A DNA stretch of 32,000 nt, from NCBI GenBank assembly GCA_963838505.1, contig CAWIRG010000018.1, positions 3,147 through 35,146 on the forward strand, written 5' to 3'. The DNA comes from Candidatus Bathyarchaeota archaeon. Its GTDB lineage: Archaea > Thermoproteota > Bathyarchaeia > Bathyarchaeales > Bathycorpusculaceae. Below the pieces are notes generated by a model, which made no database searches, was not told the origin of the DNA, and worked only from the letters and a program-made list of their open reading frames with translations. Below, in pieces: positions 18,386 to 26,399 of the stretch; position 1 is the first letter of the stretch; the number at the start of each line of letters is the position of its first letter. A program made the translations under genes and the position numbers.

Positions 18386-19354
18386 TCAACTGACGGGGTT
18401 TACGAGATGGCATGATGCGTAGTGATCCTTTTCAGTTTCGATTAGAGCTGGCTGCTTTTTCCTGCAAACTTCCATCGCGTATTTACATCTGGGATTAAAC
18501 CTGCAGCCAGGTGGGGGCTGCGTGAGATCTGGCGGTGAGCCTGGAATCGATACCAACCGCGTCTTCTGTGCTTTTATCGAGGGAAACGCGGACAATAGTC
18601 CTTGGGTGTAGGGATGAAGTGGATCTTTGAATATTTGAATTATGTCACCGAATTCAGCCACTTTTCCCGCGTACACGATTGCAGCCTGTTCACAAGTCTC
18701 GGTAACGATTGACAAATCATGAGAAATGACCATCATTGAAAGGTTCAGTTTCTCTTTAAGCTCTCTAAGGAGCTTGAGTATTTGTGCGGCGATAATGACG
18801 TCGAGAGCGGTGCTGGGTTCATCGCTTATGAGCATCTTCGGGTTACACGCCAAAGCCATCGCTATGCAAGCTCGCTGTTTCATTCCTCCGCTAAATTCAT
18901 GAGGATAGCTACTGGCTCGTGATGGGTCTATCCCTACAAGCTCGAACAATTTCCCGATTCTCTCTTTGGCTTCCCTCCCAGTGACGCCGGGTTCATGAAC
19001 CCTTATTGCTTCAGCTATTTGATCGTCAATCTTGAAAACGGGATTGAGAGCGTTCATAGCTCCTTGAAAAATAAGTGACATGCCACTCCAACGGATGTTT
19101 TTCCGCATATCAGATTCGCTCATTGGCACGAGATCCGTTCCATCGAATATGATTTTGCCTCCCAGGATTCTCGCGTTCCTCGGCAGTATCTTCATCAGTG
19201 TTATTGCTATACTGGTCTTCCCACATCCTGATTCGCCGACGACGCCCAGTCCCTTGCCTCTGTCGACGCTAAAGGTTAGCCCGTCGACAGCTCTTACCCA
19301 ACCTGAAGAGGTGCGATAATACATCTTTAGGTCTTTTACATCCATCAGCGGCAT
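18386..19354 (-). CDS. oppD: Oligopeptide/dipeptide ABC transporter ATP-binding protein (OppD/DppD type)
   Basis: Walker A GESGCGKT, signature FSGGMKQR, Walker B LISDEP, and the C-terminal GCRFNPRC tail. Confidence 0.9.
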   Translation of the reverse strand: MPLMDVKDLKMYYRTSSGWVRAVDGLTFSVDRGKGLGVVGESGCGKTSIAITLMKILPRNARILGGKIIFDGTDLVPMSESDMRKNIRWSGMSLIFQGAMNALNPVFKIDDQIAEAIRVHEPGVTGREAKERIGKLFELVGIDPSRASSYPHEFSGGMKQRACIAMALACNPKMLISDEPSTALDVIIAAQILKLLRELKEKLNLSMMVISHDLSIVTETCEQAAIVYAGKVAEFGDIIQIFKDPLHPYTQGLLSAFPSIKAQKTRLVSIPGSPPDLTQPPPGCRFNPRCKYAMEVCRKKQPALIETEKDHYASCHLVNPVS

Positions 19355-19385
19355 TTAAGGTCTCGAATTAATTCTCGGCACATCG

Positions 19386-19393
19386 TATTTAAG
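19386..19393 (-). promoter_or_regulatory. Candidate TATA box (CTTAAATA) for oppD-oppF
   Basis: It lies 32-39 nt upstream of the oppD ATG. The same octamer occurs at 22474..22481 and 7411..7418. Confidence 0.35.
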
Positions 19394-19497
19394 CTTTAGT
19401 TTGTCGTCTATTTCTAAAATGGATACATCTGAAAAGGCAAAGGCCGCACTGAGAGAAGACTTATATCGTTTAGAGACGGCGACTTGTTTGATGAAGT

Positions 19498-19867
19498 ATG
19501 CGAACTAGGTATCCTGGAAAAAGTGGTAAATTGAATGATCTTCTGGCCGAAGTGGTTCGATTTTTTGAGGCCAAGGGATTCGTGGTTTCTACGGAGAAGA
19601 GAAAGTCACAGACAGTTGTCTCTGTCAAATCTGGTGGACAGGCTGGAGACAAGATTCTGGATGTGCATTTGGAAACCGACGTTGCTGGTTCCTTGATGGT
19701 GATATTTGACAGTTTTGAGGGATCGCCTTTCGTGAGAAACTCTCCTCTTATGTCTGCGTTAGGCGGTGGCTTTTTGACTCTGAGTAGGCTGAAGATTCTC
19801 AGAGATTCTTGATCGCTTAGAGAGGGAATTCTGGGAAATTGTGGATGGATTTATGGTTTCTTCCTAG
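19498..19867 (+). pseudogene. Hypothetical protein on the opposite strand inside the opp cluster; probable +1 insertion near 19800-19806
   Basis: The 104-aa ORF ends at 19812. The next frame continues as ILDRLEREFWEIVDGFMVSS to a stop at 19865..19867, abutting the oppC stop. Confidence 0.4.
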
Positions 19868-19868
19868 T

Positions 19869-21469
19869 CTACCTTTCTCTCAGTCTTGGATTGAGTATTT
19901 CGTCCAAAGCGTAGCCGATTAGAACGAATGAAAGCGACAGAAAGCCGATGCACAAGCCAGGAGGAATCGTCCAGAACCAACTGCTGAAGGCCCCTGTTGC
20001 CACTTGGCCTGCGGTTTCATATTGATGTAAAATTCTTCCCCATGACATGACATCCAATGGTCCGAGGCCGAGCCAGCTGAGAGCGGCTTCGGCCACGATT
20101 GCTCCGGGCACTGCCATTGCCAGCGTAATGTAGACCAATGGAAAGACGTTTGGAATGATGTGTTTCACGATTATGTATCCACGGCCTCCTCCAGCCGATC
20201 TCACAGCTTCTATGAACGAACGCTCTTTGAGCGTCAGCACAGCTGAACGTACGGTCCTTGCAAAGCCCATGAAGCCCAAGACCCCTACCACAATTATTAT
20301 GTTGAGCATAGATTGCCCAAGCACAAACACCAACACTATCGTCAGGGGCAATGAAGGAATTACCAGCAGCATATCGTTGAACCTCATCAGAACCTCGTCC
20401 ACTGCTCCACCTATGTAGCCTGCCGTAAGCCCGACGATTAGACCGATTCCTACGGCAAGAACTGCAGAGACTAGGCCGATAATGAAGGATATTCTTGTTC
20501 CGACGACAAGCTGAGTGAATAGGTCTCTTGCCAGATCATCTGTTCCAAGTAGACCGAAAGAGTTTCCGAACACCATGCAGTTCACGTTGTCCAGATAGAC
20601 TGTCGTGCTTCCATATGCAGTTACGTTACCGGCATATGCCGATTCGTTGCGAGACAATTGAACCGTTATGTCAAAATTGAGGATTCTGGGCTTATTAAAT
20701 ATAACTAACACCGATCAACGCCGTCGTAAACGGGAAGCTGTTGGACACGGTTGCTGGAAGAGGAGCTTTGCCCCCACGGACTCCAAACCCAACTGCCGTT
20801 TTCGACAGCCAGCTGATCAGCGAAGTTGATGGGGAAAACGCGCTTGGTACCCGTTCCAGGAATCTGGTAAGAAAATGCGATGGAAATTGTGACGTTTGCT
20901 TGTTCTGGAGTTTGTGCGTAGGGTGTATCTATGCGGTAACTGTATTCAATTGCAAACTTCGACGGTGACTGCACATACGGATACGAATAGGGAAGGGAAA
21001 TTGTCGCGTTTCCCTCTCGATTAAATGTTATCTGGAGGGATCCTCCTTGAGCATTCGTGCGATCAGCATAAACGTCATAGCTATAGTCTGATCTGTAACC
21101 AACTGTGATTTCGGGGTTTGTAGTTACGTTTTGCCACAGGCTAAGTTTAGAGATATCAGAAAAGGTTGGGTCAGGAGTCACGTATATGTTATTTGTGTAC
21201 GCGCCACCTAGAAGGTATGGGTACCATCCTGGGTAGGTGAGTTGACTCGCGACAGGCATTAAGGGTCCTTTAGGTCCATTAGGTACCGATCCGTCTGCCA
21301 ATGGATCATCCGGCACAAGAACTGGACCTATGATAGCCACTATCGCGAAGAAAACCAGAAGTATAAGGCCCGCTGTTGCCTTTTTGTTCTTGAATATCTT
21401 CTTCATCATACTGTTGAAGCTTTTTATCTGCAAGATTATTTTCTGCACGCGTATAGACACTGTTTTCAC
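19869..21469 (-). pseudogene. oppC: ABC transporter permease (OppC/DppC type) with a very large extracytoplasmic loop after TM1; one 1-nt deletion near 20711-20713
   Basis: ORF 20705..21469 supplies MMKKIFKNKKATAGLILLVFFAIVAIIGP (an OppC-type N-terminus) plus the loop. ORF 19869..20711 supplies GTDDLARDLF, the TM bundle and the C-terminus. The likely real start is the ATG at 21409. Confidence 0.85.
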
Positions 21470-22449
21470 CCGTACTTAACTCGTGGATCAATTAGTCCGT
21501 AGATGATGTCCGAGAGGAAGTTGGCCGCGATCACGCATAAGGCTATTATGAAAAAGAGGGCTTGCATGACGGCAGCGTCTTGCAGCGTTATCGCGCTATA
21601 TATTAGCGTCCCTAAGCCTTGGTATTGGAATACGCTTTCGGTTATTATTGCGCCTGAAAGAACGAAGCCAAATTGAAGCGCCACATTCGTGATTATTGGC
21701 AGAGAAGCATTCTTCAGAATGTGACGGAAAAGCACCGTTCTTTCTTTCACTCCTTTTGCTCTCGCCGTCAACACGTAGTCCTCCGTCATGGTTTCAAGCA
21801 CGCATGCTCGGGTAAGCAGGACGAAGCCTCCGTAGGTAAAAAGGAAAAGAACGATGCTCGGCATAACTAAGTACGCAGCTCTGTCTAGCCAGTAAGCGAC
21901 AAAGCCATAATTCTGGAATAGAGTGTAAGTGCCCTGAACTGGGAGCCAATGAAGCCCGAAACCGAATATCGCCTGAAGTATAAGGCCCATCCAGAAGGTT
22001 GGAAGAGCAAACGTCGCCAGCGAAGTCACTACGATGGCACCGTCAATCGCTTTTCCTCTCTCGTGGGCAGCGTATGCGCCTATCAATATGCCCACAATAA
22101 CTGCGAGAATTGATGAAACCCCCATCAGCAACAACGTGTTGCCGAGACGCGCCATTATTAGGTCAACTACAGCTTGGTGGGAAAAATCGGCGCCGGCTTG
22201 ACCAAAGTTGAACGTCAACATGCTCTTGACGTACGTCGGGAATTTTACGTACCATGGCTGACCTATCCCAAACGCTGCCTTTAGCTTATCAATCTCTGTC
22301 GGCGTTAACCCTGGCCTTCCAAGGAACCTTTCAAGAGGGTTACCTGGCATGGCCTCAAAAATAAAGAAGTTAAGAGCTATCACAGCCAATACCAATATCA
22401 CTGTGTAGATTATACGCTTTACGATATAACCTCTTAGCCCCATACTCAT
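21466..22449 (-). CDS. oppB: ABC transporter permease (OppB/DppB type)
   Basis: 327 aa, with N-terminal GYIVKRIIYTVILVLAVIALNFFIF..PGNP and the EAA-like region TARAKGVKERTVLFRHILKNA. Confidence 0.9.
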   Translation of the reverse strand: MSMGLRGYIVKRIIYTVILVLAVIALNFFIFEAMPGNPLERFLGRPGLTPTEIDKLKAAFGIGQPWYVKFPTYVKSMLTFNFGQAGADFSHQAVVDLIMARLGNTLLLMGVSSILAVIVGILIGAYAAHERGKAIDGAIVVTSLATFALPTFWMGLILQAIFGFGLHWLPVQGTYTLFQNYGFVAYWLDRAAYLVMPSIVLFLFTYGGFVLLTRACVLETMTEDYVLTARAKGVKERTVLFRHILKNASLPIITNVALQFGFVLSGAIITESVFQYQGLGTLIYSAITLQDAAVMQALFFIIALCVIAANFLSDIIYGLIDPRVKYG

Positions 22450-22473
22450 CCCATTTTACAATTCCATCGAATG

Positions 22474-22481
22474 TATTTAAG
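22474..22481 (-). promoter_or_regulatory. Candidate internal TATA box (CTTAAATA) just upstream of oppB
   Basis: It lies 25-32 nt upstream of the oppB ATG (22449), after the T-rich tract that follows oppA. Confidence 0.3.
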
Positions 22482-22531
22482 TCTTGGCTTAAGGAAAACG
22501 AATTGAAAAAATCTTTGCTGCTTCACGAAAC

Positions 22532-22543
22532 AAAAGAAAAAAA
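22532..22543 (-). terminator. T-rich tract (TTTTTTTCTTTT on the minus strand) between oppA and oppB; possible attenuator
   Basis: It lies about 30 nt after the oppA stop. Partial termination after binding-protein genes is a known way to set stoichiometry. Confidence 0.3.
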
Positions 22544-22572
22544 TGGGAAGTTTTGATTTCCCTTGCGAACGT

Positions 22573-22810
22573 TTACGGGTTGATACCCCAAGTGCTGCCG
22601 TAGTTGAGTGCTAGTGTTACTAGGTCGGATAGTCCGACTATGCCTGCTGGTGGTGCAATGTCGCATCCTGGTTCCCAGACGCCTAGGCCGCCGAGTTTGA
22701 ATGGTACTGGTATTGGACTGCCGTAGCCGATTGTTCCGTACGCGTTGGCCAACATCACTAGGTCGGATAAGCCTATCTTGTAGCTTCCGCCTGATGGTAC
22801 TGTGGTACTA
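22573..22810 (-). repeat. Internal duplication encoding KIGLSDLVMLANAYGT and IVGLSDLVTLALNYGS, 46 aa apart
   Basis: TAGGTCGGATA occurs on the plus strand at 22621..22631 and again at 22759..22769, an offset of 138 nt. Each copy encodes GLSDLV..LA.(A/N)YG preceded by a loop (CDIAPPAGIV in copy 2). Confidence 0.6.
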
Positions 22811-24848
22811 GTCCAGTAGTACTTCATGTCTATGTCGCCCTGAGTGATTTTCATCCAGAATTGCGTGTTTGGAACGCATTCTAGACCTGTGTATGCGCCT
22901 GGTGCGCCAGATAGAGTGCCAGGATTGTACTTCCACATGCCTGTGCCTACCCAAGTGTACTGTTCACCGCCCGCGCTTGTTAGCTGCGAGAAAGTGAACG
23001 GGTTGGGGTTTTGTGGTTGTGAGACTGCAATTTCTGATACATCTGCAGCTTGGCCTGGCCAATAGCCGTGGTGGCCAGTTGTGGAACCGCCTCCTGGTGC
23101 ATCTCCTGGGATGGCGATGTATTGGTAGATGTGTTGGGGAATGATGTCAACTGTAGCATCATAGGTCATCCAGAAGCTTGGTGAAGTGAAGTACCAAGAG
23201 ATACAAGTGGGGCTATGGACTGTATAGCCGACAACGAACTGCCAGCCACTCCATGTCCAAGAGTCACCATACGTGTATCCTATCATGCCCGTGTAAATCC
23301 AGTCGTTTACAGTGAACGGTACGCCGTCTGACCAGTTGATGTCACTTCTGAACCAGAACGTAACATTAGCACAGTTGGTGTAGCTGGTGTCTGCTGGTGT
23401 TCCCCACGCGTCTGAAGTGCTTCCGCCTTGTCCGATGTCATTGTACCATCCGGTGAAGTTGCTCAGCTGGTATTTCCAGTCGTACGCCATCCAAGGTTGG
23501 TCGCCGCCAGTTGGGCTCTTAGATGGAGTAGTTGATGTATACGGGTTTGTTGCCATGGGGCCGTTGAATATTCTGTCTACGACTTCGTAGTCCCAGACCC
23601 AGCTGCTGAAGATGGGGTTGATCTGGGTGGGCGGGTTCAGGGTTCCGTATCTGATTGTCATTGGTGCCGTGTACGGCGAGGTCTTGGCGTTCATGAAAGT
23701 GTATTCGAGTGCTGTTGTCAAAGCGTAGCCACGGAAGTTTATTGCGCCGACGACGCCTGTCCTGTAGGCCATGTATGACCTAGAGGTGTACAGCGTCGCG
23801 AACATGGCTTGCTTGACAATTATGTCCTGGCACATCAATGCTGCGGTTTGTGAATCGGAAATGCTGGAAGCGTTTGGATACTCTTGGTATGCCCAGTATG
23901 TCATGTTTGCGTCGTCAATCATGTATGGGTTCGGACCGCCAATGTATATGCCTACCGGGGTGTAGCTTGAGTAGAACTGTAGTGGTTGTGTGCTGAAGCT
24001 CCAGCCTACGGTGGCAATGTCATAGTTTCGTGCATAGAAAACAACGGGGCTGACGAGACCAGAGTTTCCTGTGTGCATAGGCTCAAGAGCGAATCCTAAA
24101 CGGACTAATTCGCCGTAAAGTTGTGTGCCCGCTGCTAGTCTCGGTGCGTGGTCGCTTCTAACGTACACTCTCAGGTTCTCAACTACTTGCCCAGCTTTTG
24201 CGGTTGCTGTTAACGGGTAGTGAATTGTGCCCGAGGGCAACGGAAGCAAACCTTGTATTTGGGTAGCGGTGTCACTTGCATAGGGTGAATTGACAAACCA
24301 GCCGCCGGCGAGTAGAATTTGTATTGCGTGAAGTTCACTGAAGTCCCATGGGTAATTGTTGATCAGGTTGCCGCTTGCATCGTACTTGCTGTCACCGTAG
24401 TTGACCCAGTTGTTGTCAATGGGTCTAACAATTGGGGTGTCGATTCTTGTGCCGAAGCCGTTCAATATTGAACCTGAAATTAAGCTGTCTTTGTCAACGA
24501 GGCATGCGATTGCCTGTCTGAAGTCAGTGTAGTTCATAGCCTTCCTAGTCGAGACCGTGGCGTCAGTAGCGTTGTTGTTAAAGGCAATTCGTAATCGCCC
24601 AAGTCATAGTAGGGCGCAGTTGTTATGGCATGATTGCTATTCACTGACGTCCATTCTGGGTAGGTCAGTGGCCAAGCCATAATGTCAACCTCATTGTTCA
24701 GCAAGCCCGTGAAAAGGGCATCTTGACCAGCGTAGAACTTGTACTGCAATGATTGTGCGAGCGGACCGTTAAGTGCAAAGGTTGGCGATATCATTATTAA
24801 AGTCATCATTAGACTTGCAACAATAGCAACTATTTTTAACAATTTCAT
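22573..24848 (-). pseudogene. oppA: ABC transporter solute-binding protein (family 5, peptide/oligosaccharide type, about 758 aa) with a C-terminal duplicated dockerin-like segment; one 1-nt deletion near 24586-24590
   Basis: ORF 24534..24848 gives the signal peptide MKLLKIVAIVASLMMTLIMISPTFA and the first 90 aa. The frame then continues as IAFNNNATDATVSTRKAMNYTDFRQAIA into ORF 22573..24537. It has the operon position and size of an Opp/Dpp binding protein. Confidence 0.8.
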
Positions 24849-24981
24849 CTCTCTTTTCTCCCTTTAAGTATATTTCAGCAGTAAAGACTCTGTGGTCTAT
24901 GAATATAAGGGTTGCTGAAACATTCTTCCATATGCTTCTCTATGTTTAAGAATGATTCTGCACGTCGTTCACGTTTTATTC

Positions 24982-25971
24982 TCAAGTATCCGACGGCAAC
25001 TGCTCTATCTTTCGTCTCTTCCTCACAAATGGGACGACAACCGCGGCTCCTATGACAATAACAAGCGCAGCTAGAGCGTAGTACAGGAGGTATAGGTGGG
25101 AAGTGACGTCCACCACTGTTACCAATGCGATCAAGCCCGTGACAGTTTTTCCGCCCGTCGTGATAGAAACTTGAAACTCGAAAAATCCAGTCTGATTCGC
25201 CGTCCACTGATACGAGAAGAAGCCTGAACTGTTCAGCGGAACAACCGCTAGGTCTGTCAAGTTTTCGCCAACTTCCCCGTACTCAAGTGTGACACTTGAA
25301 ACAGTGGCGCCTGCAGAACCAGTAACGGCTCCTGTCAGAGTCGTTTGTTCGCCGACGTTAATCACGTCTGGTTTCACAGACAGCGAAACAGGCGTGCCAT
25401 AATCTCCATCTTGAAGTGCGCTGGGAAGGACCTCACCATATTGGCCGCTTACTATGTTGCTGCTCATAAAATACGTTCCATTCGGCTCCGATGAACCTGG
25501 CCTGTACACACCGAGATGAATGTGTGAGGAACCCTCTGACACGACTCTGAAGGTGACGTTCAGCAGGATACCTCCGCCGTTGGCCGCCGCTAGACCAATT
25601 ATGGCCGACGAGTAGGAAACCTGTCCGGTAGGAGGCTGGCTTATGTGATTCTCAGCGGCGTGTGTGACCGAGGCAGTGGGTCCGAAGGATGGCATGAATG
25701 GTCCTTCGACTGCTTGGGTGACGTTGAGCACTGTTGGGTCATAGGTTACGAACACCTGAACGCCTGCAACGTTCAAGTCTGCCAAAACGTTTTCAACGTG
25801 CACGTAGATGGTGAAGTTGCTGTTGATGTCCTGGGTCAGAGTGTCCTGCGGGTCTATGCTCACGACGGGGCCGTTGGCTTGCGTCTGAGCGTGAACGTGT
25901 AAACTCTGCGGGAGGATTATTAAACCCAAGACTACCACGATGAGGAAGAAAGCAGATTTGGCTTTACCCAT
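24982..25971 (-). CDS. Secreted cohesin-like domain protein with a second beta-rich domain and a C-terminal TM anchor
   Basis: Signal peptide, then NSNFTIYVHVENVLADLNVAGVQVFVTYDPTVLNVTQAVEGPF..GGGILLNVTFRVV (cohesin-like pattern). The C-terminal TM LYYALAALVIVIGAAVVVPF is followed by RKRRK. Confidence 0.7.
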   Translation of the reverse strand: MGKAKSAFFLIVVVLGLIILPQSLHVHAQTQANGPVVSIDPQDTLTQDINSNFTIYVHVENVLADLNVAGVQVFVTYDPTVLNVTQAVEGPFMPSFGPTASVTHAAENHISQPPTGQVSYSSAIIGLAAANGGGILLNVTFRVVSEGSSHIHLGVYRPGSSEPNGTYFMSSNIVSGQYGEVLPSALQDGDYGTPVSLSVKPDVINVGEQTTLTGAVTGSAGATVSSVTLEYGEVGENLTDLAVVPLNSSGFFSYQWTANQTGFFEFQVSITTGGKTVTGLIALVTVVDVTSHLYLLYYALAALVIVIGAAVVVPFVRKRRKIEQLPSDT

Positions 25972-26140
25972 CGCCCAGCATCCCTTAAGTTGTCGAAGTC
26001 AACTTTTCACACGGAGAATGCGAATATAAGCTTTTGCGCTCATGTTCAAGATATCCGGTTCTGGCCTTTTCAAATCAAAAGAAAAAACAGGTTCCACCAT
26101 GGAATATTGCCGGAAAAAGTAGAAGATAATTCCAGAAACC

Positions 26141-26147
26141 TTTAAAT
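26141..26147 (+). promoter_or_regulatory. Candidate TATA box (TTTAAAT) for the truncated secreted-protein gene
   Basis: It lies about 55 nt upstream of the ATG at 26199. GGAGAAGGAG lies between them. Confidence 0.3.
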
Positions 26148-26198
26148 CGAGTGCATCACTTAACTAGATACCGCTGAAAAAAGAAGGGAGAAGGAGAA

Positions 26199-26390
26199 AT
26201 GAAACCTATTAAAGTCTTAACTTTGGTTCTCAGCTCTAGTGCTACTCACCGCACCCATAATGGTATACAACCCAGCACATGCAGCACCAATAATAAACTT
26301 TGAAGTCATGAATACTGAAGGTTTTGCAAACATTAACTTCACTGATCCAATTCACGGATTAGGAATACCGAACACCACGCCCTTAAGCAT
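26199..26390 (+). pseudogene. 5' fragment of an archaeal secreted protein, truncated at the compositional junction; also a +1 insertion near 26232
   Basis: MKPIKVLTLVL (frame 0) continues as ALVLLTAPIMVYNPAHA-APIINFEVMNTEGFANINFTDPIHGLGIPNTTP (frame 1). The sequence after about 26390 is GC-rich and non-homologous in character. Confidence 0.5.
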
Positions 26391-26399
26391 TCAGGGTGC

